From positions 1 through 47,943 of the forward strand of contig DSCG01000004.1 in assembly GCA_011049195.1 (NCBI GenBank): a stretch of DNA of 47,943 nucleotides, read 5' to 3'. Below, one piece after another: positions 18,039 to 26,424 of this stretch. A model generated the notes under the pieces. It was not told the origin of the DNA, ran no database searches, and was given only the letters and a program-made list of their open reading frames with translations. The DNA comes from an archaeon. Its GTDB lineage: Archaea; SpSt-1190. Made by a program: the position numbers and the translations under genes. Positions within the stretch are counted from its first letter, which is position 1, and every line of letters starts with the position of its first letter.

Positions 18039-18045
18039 TATAAAA
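18039..18045 (-). promoter_or_regulatory. TATA-like box for rfcS (leaderless spacing)
   Basis: Minus-strand TTTTATA is centred about 24 nt upstream of the ATG at 18018. Confidence 0.45.
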
Positions 18046-18080
18046 GCTTAATACATAAGATGCCGAATTCGGGCTCCCGG

Positions 18081-18310
18081 AGGGTTGGAAGGCACCAGAC
18101 CAGTCCTTTGCCCGGGAGAGGAGAAATGAGTTGGTCTGTGGTAAGGGTTGGAAGGCACCAGACCAGTCCTTTGCCCGGGAGAGGAGAAATGAGTTGGTCT
18201 GTGGTAAGGGTTGGAAGGCACCAGACCAGTCCTTTGCCCGGGAGTGGAGAAATGAGTTGGTCTGTGGTAAGGGTTGGAAGGCACCAGACCAGTCCTTTGC
18301 CCGGGAGAGG
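18081..18310. repeat. 63-bp tandem repeat, about 3.65 copies
   Basis: Unit: AGGGTTGGAAGGCACCAGACCAGTCCTTTGCCCGGGAGAGGAGAAATGAGTTGGTCTGTGGTA. Copies start at 18081, 18144, 18207 and 18270, and the last is cut off after CCCGGGAGAGG. I saw a single substitution (A to T at 18245). Each unit holds an inverted repeat, CAGACCA ... TGGTCTG. Confidence 0.95.
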
Positions 18311-18330
18311 GGGCGCTTGGTGGGCCGCGT

Positions 18331-18340
18331 TTTATTTAAA
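18331..18340 (+). promoter_or_regulatory. TATA-like box for the Lon-like protease gene (leaderless spacing)
   Basis: TTTATTTAAA is centred about 25 nt upstream of the ATG at 18361. Confidence 0.45.
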
Positions 18341-18360
18341 GTCCTGAATTTGGCAGTCCC

Positions 18361-20127
18361 ATGGGCAAAGGGCAGTCGGGGGTTCTCCGTTTCCGGCAGG
18401 TGAGCCTGTTGGCCCTGCTCATGTTGATACCCGTTGCCGCCGCCACCCTGACTGTGCCCGCGGTTGATAGCAACATGAAAGGGGTGTTGGTGGAACTAAC
18501 CTGCGAACTGGTGCCCGGTCAGGGGCGCGTTCTGGTGACCACCGAGCCCTACATAGGAGTGAGTACCCAGGAAAGTGAAAGAACCGCCCTTGCCGTGGTC
18601 AAGGCAAGTGAAGGTTCTGAAGATTTTGAAGGCAAAGATGTGTTATTCATTTTCAGCGCGGAGGGAACCGCCTCCATAGATGGCGGAAGTGCGGGTGCAG
18701 CCATGGCAGTGTGTCTGCTGGCCGAGCTCCGCAACCAGAGTCTGAGCCCGGGGGTCAGCATGACGGGGGGCGTTGATATGCTGGGCAGGGTGGTCCAGGT
18801 CGGGGGTGTGCTACCCAAAGCCGGGGCCGTCGCGGACTTTGCCAGAGTTTTCCTGATTCCGGCAGGCCAGCAGAGGAGCTTGACATACACCAAAACATTC
18901 ACCACTCCGCGTGAAGGCATTTACATAGAAGAAGTCACCCCTCTTGAAATCAATATTCCCGAATACGCTGCCGCCACCTGGAACCTGACAGTGGTTGAGG
19001 TGGCAAGTGTGGATGAGGCCTACTTGTGGTTCACGGGAGCGTGGGTGGATGCACGGGAAGTCCTGCAATTTGAACTGCCGGAGTTCACCCGTGAGCTGAC
19101 GGGAGTGGAGGCCCTGGCGGAGAAGGCCCTCAAGAGAGCTGAGAGTCTGGTGGGGAGTGCCAACGATACCCTGTCATCCAGTTATCTGGAACAGGCTAAA
19201 AATATACCCGCGGGCTATCCTTACACCCAGGCCAACCTGGCTTTTCTGGCAGCCGTCACCTCCCAGACCTCCTGGGATGATGTGGAGCCCGTGGCCCGGG
19301 AGTTACTCAAACAGATGAAAAGTCTGGAGCCAGGTGATCCTTACTGGCGGGCCGAGGCCGAACTGCGCCTCAGCTGGGCTCTGTTTAAGGAACAGAACCT
19401 CATGGCTCAGAAGGACTGGCTGATTATAGCCGCCAACATGCTAACTCTGGAAACCTTCACCAACGAGAGTGTGGATATGGCTAAGGTGGCCAGACTGGCC
19501 AACCAGCAGATAGTGGAGGCCAAACAGGTGGTGGAGGAAAGCCGGATGGTGGCGGGGCAGGAGCCCAGCGCCGATGCCGCTTTGGACCTGGCCCTTGAAA
19601 GTCTGGAAGATGAGCTTTATTTTGCAGCCCTTTACAATGCTCTGGATGCCATGGCCTGGGCGGAGGCCTCCAAGGGAGCAAGCCAGGACTACCTGAAGAG
19701 TATGTTTGAACAGGAGAAACAGACAGACTTTGCGGAAGCTTACAGGCGTCACGCCATTTATCTGCTCAACCAAGCTGGGGGCGACAGGGAGGTCATCAAG
19801 GGGGCTCTGTTTTCAGCCTACCGGGCCGACCTGAGGGATGAGATTTTTGAAGAGCTGGACAGGCTACCCTGGTCCCCGGAGTGGGGGGCCCTTGACTGGA
19901 AGTGGCTGGCCATATTGGGGTTGGGGGTTTATGTGGCAAGGGATCTAGTGACCAAAAACAGGAAGGGGGCCACCGCCAGAAAGACATCCGCCACTGCAGA
20001 ACAGGACATGGTGCTACTGGCCGAAGCCAAAGGAAAGGCAGTCGCCTTCCTGCAGGAAAAATTAAGAAACGGGGAAATCACCCGCGAGGCCTACATCCGG
20101 CTTGTCAGGAAGCTGGAAGGTCTGTAG
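18361..20127 (+). CDS. Secreted or membrane-tethered Lon-type (S16) serine peptidase domain protein with a C-terminal SHOCT-like tail
   Basis: Signal-like LLALLMLIPVAAA. The Lon proteolytic-domain dyad context is present: IDGGSAGAAMAVCLLAEL (Ser) and GRVVQVGGVLPKAGAVA (Lys). A long helical region follows, then TM WKWLAILGLGVYV, then EKLRNGEITREAYIRLVRKL (SHOCT-like). No AAA+ module. Confidence 0.7.
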   Translation: MGKGQSGVLRFRQVSLLALLMLIPVAAATLTVPAVDSNMKGVLVELTCELVPGQGRVLVTTEPYIGVSTQESERTALAVVKASEGSEDFEGKDVLFIFSAEGTASIDGGSAGAAMAVCLLAELRNQSLSPGVSMTGGVDMLGRVVQVGGVLPKAGAVADFARVFLIPAGQQRSLTYTKTFTTPREGIYIEEVTPLEINIPEYAAATWNLTVVEVASVDEAYLWFTGAWVDAREVLQFELPEFTRELTGVEALAEKALKRAESLVGSANDTLSSSYLEQAKNIPAGYPYTQANLAFLAAVTSQTSWDDVEPVARELLKQMKSLEPGDPYWRAEAELRLSWALFKEQNLMAQKDWLIIAANMLTLETFTNESVDMAKVARLANQQIVEAKQVVEESRMVAGQEPSADAALDLALESLEDELYFAALYNALDAMAWAEASKGASQDYLKSMFEQEKQTDFAEAYRRHAIYLLNQAGGDREVIKGALFSAYRADLRDEIFEELDRLPWSPEWGALDWKWLAILGLGVYVARDLVTKNRKGATARKTSATAEQDMVLLAEAKGKAVAFLQEKLRNGEITREAYIRLVRKLEGL

Positions 20128-20183
20128 AAAGGTTATAAATCAAGGAGTGGAAGTTTTCCGCGTGCCTGAGGGGGTTGACAGAC

Positions 20184-20729
20184 ATGAAAGTGATTATTAT
20201 TGGAGTGCCGGGAGTTGGAAAAACCTCAGTGGCCAATGGCATGGCCACTGCGGGGTGGAAATTGGTGGTCTTCGGGGACCTGATGCTGGCCGAAGCCAAA
20301 AGGAAATTCGGGGTTGCCGACAGGGACGAAATGAGGTCCCGCATTAATGTAACGGGTTACAAGCGCCTTCAGATGGCTGCCGCCAGGCGGATTGCTCTCA
20401 TGAGGGGGAAGGTGCTGGTAGATACCCACGGTACCATTCTCAAAGAGGGGTGGTATTATCCCGGCCTTCCCATGAAGCAGTTGCTGGCCATGAAGGTGGA
20501 TGGTCTGGTGGTAATTGAAGCCGATGAAAAGGACATCAAAGCCCGCCGGGACAGGGACAAAGGCAAGCGCAAAAGAGAGGGCGACATTCTTCAACACCAG
20601 CAAACCAACAAGGAGTTTGCCGCCGCCTACGCGGCACTGGCGGGTATTCCTGTGATATACGTGGCCAACCATGAGGGCAAACTGGCTGAAACCATAGAGG
20701 CCGTTAAAAAGGCCTGCGAGCATTTATGA
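20184..20729 (+). CDS. adkA: Adenylate kinase, archaeal type
   Basis: MKVIIIGVPGVGKTSV P-loop; the length and overall pattern match archaeal AdkA. The ATG at 20184 is preferred over the TTG at 20175, with GAGGGGG about 10 nt upstream. Confidence 0.8.
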   Translation: MKVIIIGVPGVGKTSVANGMATAGWKLVVFGDLMLAEAKRKFGVADRDEMRSRINVTGYKRLQMAAARRIALMRGKVLVDTHGTILKEGWYYPGLPMKQLLAMKVDGLVVIEADEKDIKARRDRDKGKRKREGDILQHQQTNKEFAAAYAALAGIPVIYVANHEGKLAETIEAVKKACEHL

Positions 20730-21469
20730 ATATGGGAAAGGCAGACAGGATTTCGGCCTGGCGCAGGGTTGAAAGGACAGTAAGCCAGAGCCATGTGGTG
20801 CTTGAGCTTGTGGATGCCCGCTTCCCCTTTCGGAGTGACAGGCTCAGAAAACTTGTCAATATGAAAAGACGCAGTCTGGTGCTCATCATCAACAAAGCGG
20901 ATTTGCTTTCCCCTGATGAGGCCGGCAAACTGGCGGAAAAAACGGGAGGTCTGCTGGTGTCGGCCAGCCGTCGCAGAGGTAAAGCCAAACTCATCCGTTT
21001 GCTGAAATCCCGGGTTCGGGGCGATCAGGAACTGAGAGTGGGTATAGTCGGCAGACCTAATGTGGGCAAAAGCAGTCTGATAAATTATCTGTCCGGACGG
21101 AAGAGCGCCGGGGTCGGGGCCGAAGCAGGCTTCACCAAAGGTGAACAGTGGGTGAAGCTGAGTGAAAACCCCGATATTCTGCTGATTGATTCCCCCGGCA
21201 TCATATACGAAAGTGATGATGAGAGTGAATTGGTACTCCAGAATGCTCTGGAGATTGACAAGCATGAAGACCCGGTGGAAGTTGCCCTGTTGTTGATAAA
21301 AAAACATCCCGGGGTTCTGAAGGATTTCGGGGTTCGTGAAGAGGGTGATGTCGCGTTGGAACAGTTGGCCGTGAAGATGGGAAAGCTCAAAAAAGGCGGT
21401 GAGCCCAACCTGGTTGAAACCGCCAAAATACTAGTCCGCAGATGGCAGAGAGGTCAGGGCCCGAAATAA
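20726..21469 (+). CDS. Circularly permuted ribosome-biogenesis GTPase (YlqF/RbgA family)
   Basis: G4 NKADLL precedes G1 GRPNVGKSS and G3 DSPG, the permuted order typical of YlqF/YawG GTPases. ATGA overlap with adkA. Confidence 0.75.
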   Translation: MNMGKADRISAWRRVERTVSQSHVVLELVDARFPFRSDRLRKLVNMKRRSLVLIINKADLLSPDEAGKLAEKTGGLLVSASRRRGKAKLIRLLKSRVRGDQELRVGIVGRPNVGKSSLINYLSGRKSAGVGAEAGFTKGEQWVKLSENPDILLIDSPGIIYESDDESELVLQNALEIDKHEDPVEVALLLIKKHPGVLKDFGVREEGDVALEQLAVKMGKLKKGGEPNLVETAKILVRRWQRGQGPK

Positions 21470-22446
21470 GTGATTTCAACAGGTTTTCGGTCAAAAGTGG
21501 GCCAGTATTCCACAAGCCGGCCACCTTTGGTCTTCCGGGCTTTGGCGGGGCTGGTGGGAAGCCATTTTCCTGATGCGTCCTTCACTTCCCCCACCAGCAG
21601 GGTGCCTTCCTCAGTAACCTGTTCAAATGGGCGGGCGATGTGGGTCGCGGTCCGCTTGTAGCGTTCCACCAGCTGGGTGAATAATTTGGTGCGGGCGGAA
21701 CAATAGTGAAGAGTCAGGTTGATGTCGAGAGAGGTTTTAGCCCAATCCAGAAGGTCAAGGGCCAGAGTTTCACTGCCTTCCACTTCAAGACTGCCCGGCT
21801 CCCCGTCTTTGTGAAGAAACCCCCGGCGGATGAGGGCGGGGAAATTGCTGTCGCTGAATTCAAACTCGTTGAGGTTAATGAAAGTCACTCCCGCGACATC
21901 CATTTTGTGAATGTATGTTTTGAGTTTTTCGGCCTGCCCGGGAATAACGGGCACTTCGGCCCCCACCTCCCAGGCATCACCGAGAGCCAGAGCATTCCGC
22001 GGGTCAGCCCAGTGAAAGCGGATTTCATCCACCCCGGCATCATAGGCCCGGGCCAGAAGCCGGGGGTCTGTGGTGCGGGTGTAGAGGTGGATGTGAAATT
22101 TCGGACTGAAGTTTTCCTTCAAGGCCTGAATGAAACTGAAGGTTTTTTGGGATTTCAGGGGGTCGCCCCCAGTCACGCCAGCACCCAGGGCCTTCATGTC
22201 GCGGGCTTCATCCAACAGGTCGTCAATCCCCCGAACGGGTCGCTCGTTGGCAAATGCCCGGTCAACCCCTTTTTTCTCCGGGGAGATGGGGCAGTAAAAA
22301 CAGGAGTGGTCACACCTGCCCGTAGCGAAGAGCACCAGCTTGGCCCCGCGACCGCACAACCGGCAACCTTTGGGTGGCTGGGGGCTGGCCTTTGGGCCCA
22401 AAACGGGACCCACCTTGGTGCATCTGACAACGCCGGAGCCGGCCAT
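21454..22446 (-). CDS. Radical SAM protein (PFL-activase-related, COG2108-like)
   Basis: CDHSCFYC is a CxxxCxxC cluster. There is also an N-terminal CRLCGRG motif. 330 aa. Confidence 0.7.
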   Translation of the reverse strand: MAGSGVVRCTKVGPVLGPKASPQPPKGCRLCGRGAKLVLFATGRCDHSCFYCPISPEKKGVDRAFANERPVRGIDDLLDEARDMKALGAGVTGGDPLKSQKTFSFIQALKENFSPKFHIHLYTRTTDPRLLARAYDAGVDEIRFHWADPRNALALGDAWEVGAEVPVIPGQAEKLKTYIHKMDVAGVTFINLNEFEFSDSNFPALIRRGFLHKDGEPGSLEVEGSETLALDLLDWAKTSLDINLTLHYCSARTKLFTQLVERYKRTATHIARPFEQVTEEGTLLVGEVKDASGKWLPTSPAKARKTKGGRLVEYWPTFDRKPVEITYFGP

Positions 22447-22484
22447 AAGGTTTCCTTCTGAGGGAATTTAAGAGCTTACTCCCT

Positions 22485-22760
22485 TCATTTGGAAAGGGTT
22501 ATTTCAATAGAGGACACGTTGATGTCCTCGCCCTTTTCACCTTTGATGGTTTCGGTTCCGGTCTTGATTTCAGATATTTTAACATCTGCCATAAACCGGT
22601 TTCTAACAATTTCGGCGACATCCACTGCACGGCTGATGGCCTTGCCACGAGCCTTTATCTGCACCTGTTTGAGGCCTCCATGGAACTGGGTCACCACTGC
22701 GAGTACATAGCTCATGGGGGATTTGGTTCCAATGAATACCACTCCGTCCTGACCTGCCAT
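22485..22760 (-). CDS. albA: Alba DNA/RNA-binding chromatin protein
   Basis: 91 aa. [22 protein letters not shown] is the canonical Alba core. Confidence 0.9.
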   Translation of the reverse strand: MAGQDGVVFIGTKSPMSYVLAVVTQFHGGLKQVQIKARGKAISRAVDVAEIVRNRFMADVKISEIKTGTETIKGEKGEDINVSSIEITLSK

Positions 22761-22831
22761 AGTTCATCACCTGAAAAAGATTTCAAGGGGGGTTTAAAAA
22801 AGGTTATTAACCTCCAATTCCTGAACATACC

Positions 22832-23458
22832 GTGGCCTACTCCGTCTGCAGGTGTGTTTATGGCTCGGCAGTCAGGAACTCCAAACAAGCCCTGGTGGCT
22901 GCCATCGCCCGTTATTTGGAAATACTGAAGACTTCAGCCAAGGTCTCCCTGAATATTGAGTATCAGGGGCCCGTTGAGCTTACCATCGTCCAGCCGTCAG
23001 GCATAAGTGTGACCAGTAAAGAGGAGAACATCACGGAAGCGGTCTACAAAGAGTTGGCTTCCGCCCAGCAATTCCGGCTGGAGTTTAAGGTGGCAGGTCG
23101 CGCCAAAAATGCAAAAAAACTGCTTCGAGAAGGTAGCAAGGTTTTTTTCTGGTATGATGAGGACAAACATCAGGGCAACTCCATGAATGTGGAATTTGTG
23201 ACCCAATATAGCGACCGGGTGCTGAATGAACGGATGTTGGTGTTGTTCATGCCCCTGAATCTTATCAAGGCCGCCAACTTCAGGAAGCTGGCGGAAAATA
23301 TGAATTCCCGGCTGAGGGATTTGTGGGAAAATGTGCTGGTCAATTATACAGGAGCCAGCATGACCAAAAGCGAGGAAACATACACTCTGCAGAAGTATGA
23401 GCCGGACAGCATAGTGATGAATATTTTCGGCAAGCTGATAAAAGTCAGGAAGACCTGA
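22832..23458 (+). CDS. Hypothetical protein
   Basis: 208-aa ORF (GTG start, uncertain) divergent from albA. No motif recognised. Confidence 0.45.
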   Translation: MAYSVCRCVYGSAVRNSKQALVAAIARYLEILKTSAKVSLNIEYQGPVELTIVQPSGISVTSKEENITEAVYKELASAQQFRLEFKVAGRAKNAKKLLREGSKVFFWYDEDKHQGNSMNVEFVTQYSDRVLNERMLVLFMPLNLIKAANFRKLAENMNSRLRDLWENVLVNYTGASMTKSEETYTLQKYEPDSIVMNIFGKLIKVRKT

Positions 23459-23511
23459 GTCACTTTTTGGTCCCGGTTTTGTCACGAGCTACGACGAGTG
23501 ATAAAAGCGGG

Positions 23512-23898
23512 TTATTGGTCTTCCCGCTTCAGGAGTTTTCTGCCCATAACTGTCCAATAGACAATTTCCTGACCGGCCTGGAACTCCATGCCCTCGGGGA
23601 TTTCCTCATCAAAGGTCTCATAACTCTGGGCGTCCATGAGCTGGACGGTGCTTCCGCCCACATTCAGCACCTGGGCCTGGCGCCGCTCAATAATAGGAAC
23701 CTCAACTTTGGTGCCACTGGGTTTGATGACTGACCGCTTGCTCTTGTCAAACAGGCTCACGGCGTCTATGCGGGACTTGGCGTGGCCGTGTTTACCGGGG
23801 GCCGAAGTCTGTATGCCTGTAATTTTGGAGGGATGACCGTCCAGTATGATAAAGCGTCCTTTGCGGAGCTTGACGACATCTTCAAAGGTGGTTTCCAT
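23512..23898 (-). CDS. eif5a: Translation initiation factor 5A
   Basis: The hypusination loop TSAPGKHGHAKSRI is present; 128 aa. Confidence 0.92.
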   Translation of the reverse strand: METTFEDVVKLRKGRFIILDGHPSKITGIQTSAPGKHGHAKSRIDAVSLFDKSKRSVIKPSGTKVEVPIIERRQAQVLNVGGSTVQLMDAQSYETFDEEIPEGMEFQAGQEIVYWTVMGRKLLKREDQ

Positions 23899-23991
23899 AA
23901 CAAAGCCAGAGGGCCGGGGTATAAAAGACTTGACATCAAAAGGATAGCAACTATTGAGTAATTAATTTAAACTCAAATTTTACAGCATGTC

Positions 23992-24540
23992 ATGATCACA
24001 GAATGGTCCATGAAGTTTGATGAATACATATCAGAAACCACCGGACAATGGGTTGAGACAACCATTTCTTTGGTTAATAAGTTCCAGAATTATCTTCATT
24101 TTCACAAAATCAAAGACAAACAGATTTATGTGGTTGACTTCTCACCGGACCTGAATAATCTCTTCCGGCCCGTAGAAACTCCCATGGAAGACGTTTTCTC
24201 AGTCATCGGGGCTACCCGAAAAGGCGAATATCATGACTTGTCGGATTTCAACGGAAGCATAGTGGCGGAGTTTGTGGTTTTTGAAACGGCACCCGAAAAA
24301 ATTGATGGGTTTCGGAAACAGATTTCAGAAAAATTTCCTGCTTTGAAGTATGACTTCAGAAAAATCGGGGGTGCCGGCTATGTATGTATCGAAACGGAAC
24401 CTTTGAAAAAGAATATCGTTGAACTGGATAAATTTGAATTCGAGAGCATTCTGGACGTTTATGGAGAACATCTGAAAAAGGTGTTGGAAGTTGCTCTGGA
24501 ACACACCCGGCAGGAAACTTTCTATGAGATAGAGATGTGA
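23992..24540 (+). CDS. Hypothetical protein (A/T-rich ORFan)
   Basis: 182-aa ORF, acidic, with no motif recognised. A/T-richer than its neighbours. Its stop abuts the convergent SAM synthetase stop. Confidence 0.5.
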   Translation: MITEWSMKFDEYISETTGQWVETTISLVNKFQNYLHFHKIKDKQIYVVDFSPDLNNLFRPVETPMEDVFSVIGATRKGEYHDLSDFNGSIVAEFVVFETAPEKIDGFRKQISEKFPALKYDFRKIGGAGYVCIETEPLKKNIVELDKFEFESILDVYGEHLKKVLEVALEHTRQETFYEIEM

Positions 24541-24541
24541 T

Positions 24542-25663
24542 TCAGAATACCGGAAACCTGCCCTTCACGAAGCCCTCAGTTATTTCAGGTAATCTGGCCA
24601 GTTCGTCCCTGACCAACTGGTCCAGCCCGGTTGCGTCGGTGCGTAGCAGGACTATGGCCGGCTCTGTTACCGGGTGGCCGATACGGCTCTGTAGTATAAC
24701 TTCCGCGGGTTTCCCGGTTTCCTGATAAATCCTGTCGGCGATAAGCTGGGCCATAGTGTTGTAGAGTTTGCCTACATGGCTGACGGGGTTCTTGCCGGCC
24801 GCGGCTTCAAGGGACATGGGCCGGGCGGGGGTGATGAGACCGTTGACGCGGTTGCCACGACCGACCTCGCCATCGTCCCCCTGTTCGGCGCTGGTGCCGA
24901 GAGTGGTCAGATAAACCTGGTCTATGTTTTCATACCGGTCAAGGGTGTTGATGACCAGATTGTTTTTGCCTTTCATGTTGAACTTCTCCCTGAGGATGTC
25001 GGTGATGGCCTCCTTGCTACGACGGTAGGCGGTCATGTCGGCCAGATGCCGGTCTATGAAGGCCATGGCGATGGTAGCATCCAGACAACCATCATTCCAG
25101 TGAGTCATTATCTTTATGTCCATGCCAACCTCCGGCCATTCACTCCTGAACTGCCGGCCGGTGAGGAAGGCCCCGATGTCCTTGGTCAGTTGTTCGGCCT
25201 CTGTGAATGGAGCGAAGGCCACACCCACACTGGTGTCGTTGGCCTTGACCTCAGAAACGGTGTCGCACAGTTCGCCGGCACCTTTACCGATGGCACATTC
25301 CAGCTGGAAGTGTTCGGGGCGGGCGTCGGGTAGAATACTGAGCAGATAGTTCAGAGCGGCCTCAGTTGTGATTTCTTTTACGGGAACGCAGGGGGTGGCA
25401 CGCCCCGCCAGAATGATGCGGATGGGGGTGGTGATGCGACCCCCGCCCCATTGAGTCTCAGACTGGCCGGCCACCAACAGCACCTTGTCCACATTGTGGT
25501 GCTGGATAACTCCGGTCTCCCTGAGGTAGGCTTTGGAAAGTTCGCGGGACATGGCCTCAGCCACGCCGTCACAAAGTGAATCGGGATGTCCAATCTCTTT
25601 CCGTTCCACCACCTCACTGGTCATGTATATCGGGTGGGGCACAGTCACTATTTTAACAGACAT
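24542..25663 (-). CDS. mat: S-adenosylmethionine synthetase, archaeal type
   Basis: VERKEIGHPDSLCDGVAEAMSREL matches the archaeal MAT N-terminal signature (compare M. jannaschii ERKGLGHPDSICDGIAE). Confidence 0.88.
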   Translation of the reverse strand: MSVKIVTVPHPIYMTSEVVERKEIGHPDSLCDGVAEAMSRELSKAYLRETGVIQHHNVDKVLLVAGQSETQWGGGRITTPIRIILAGRATPCVPVKEITTEAALNYLLSILPDARPEHFQLECAIGKGAGELCDTVSEVKANDTSVGVAFAPFTEAEQLTKDIGAFLTGRQFRSEWPEVGMDIKIMTHWNDGCLDATIAMAFIDRHLADMTAYRRSKEAITDILREKFNMKGKNNLVINTLDRYENIDQVYLTTLGTSAEQGDDGEVGRGNRVNGLITPARPMSLEAAAGKNPVSHVGKLYNTMAQLIADRIYQETGKPAEVILQSRIGHPVTEPAIVLLRTDATGLDQLVRDELARLPEITEGFVKGRFPVF

Positions 25664-25740
25664 GGGAAGGGGGGGAGAATGCGGTTATAAAGTTAGTCAT
25701 TCCGAAACTAATTAAAATAGTAAAGTTGGAATAATACGGG

Positions 25741-26280
25741 ATGCATGTGGTGATGCCCAAATTAAGTGAGCTGGTGGCCAAGAGAAGGGTGTTGGGGCTG
25801 ACCCAGGCCCAGCTCGCGGAGCAGGTGGATATCAGCCAGTCAGCGGTTGCCAAAATTGAGAAAGGCAGGATGGTGCCCAATTACAACATGGCCAAAAGGC
25901 TGTTTGAGGCCTTGGAACATCTGGAAAGGGGGGCCGAAAAAACGGCAGGAGATATTATGAAGAAAAAGGTGTGTTGGGTGGGGCCCGACGACCCGCTGGG
26001 CAGGGCCGCAGAAATGATGACCCGACATGGCATTTCCAATCTGCCGGTGCTGGAAGCCGGAGTCTCCGTGGGCAGAATAACTGATGGAGTGGTAATTGCA
26101 GGGGGACGGGAAAATTATGACAAGGCATGCCGGAAAGTCATGGGCCCCTCTCTGCCCGCAGTACCGGAGAGCACCCCTGCAGGCGTGGTGAGGGAACTGC
26201 TGAAGAGGGAAAGTCTGGTGGTGGTAACCGGGGAGGCCGGCAAGGTGCGGGGTGTGGTGTCCCGGAGCGACATACTTTAG
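25741..26280 (+). CDS. XRE-type HTH plus CBS-domain transcriptional regulator
   Basis: LGLTQAQLAEQVDISQSAVAKIEKG is the HTH. It is followed by a CBS pair (HGISNLPVLE ... VRGVVSRSDIL). The true start may be MPKL at 25753. Confidence 0.75.
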   Translation: MHVVMPKLSELVAKRRVLGLTQAQLAEQVDISQSAVAKIEKGRMVPNYNMAKRLFEALEHLERGAEKTAGDIMKKKVCWVGPDDPLGRAAEMMTRHGISNLPVLEAGVSVGRITDGVVIAGGRENYDKACRKVMGPSLPAVPESTPAGVVRELLKRESLVVVTGEAGKVRGVVSRSDIL

Positions 26281-26424
26281 GTGACCGCTTGAAAATCGGA
26301 AACCAAAGCGGGGAGGTCGCAGTCAAATGGACAGTCAGAGGGAGAAGCTGGTGGCTGTGACGGGAAAGTGGAGCAGAGTGCGGAGCGTGGTTTCACGCAG
26401 GGATACACTGTAGGAAGTGAAAAG

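Noticed and set aside
18081-18310. The 63-bp array read as a CRISPR array (a 63-bp period resembles repeat plus spacer)
   Set aside because: The entire 63-bp unit is repeated, so there are no unique spacers. There is also no Cas12a-type repeat stem (TCTAC...GTAGA).
18019-18360. A replication origin next to rfcS
   Set aside because: There is no A/T-rich unwinding element apart from the two TATA boxes, no ORB-like motif that I could match, and no orc1/cdc6 nearby.
18048-18403. Three ORFs (78, 95 and 90 aa) encoding 21-residue peptide repeats
   Set aside because: They exist only because the 63-bp repeat period is a multiple of three. They overlap each other on both strands and overlap the rfcS and Lon-like core promoters. 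They have no independent start or promoter context.
20226-22461. Long antisense ORFs at 20226..20723, 20627..21307, 21085..21426 and 21706..22461
   Set aside because: They are opposite adkA, the YlqF-type GTPase and the radical SAM gene, all of which have clear motifs.
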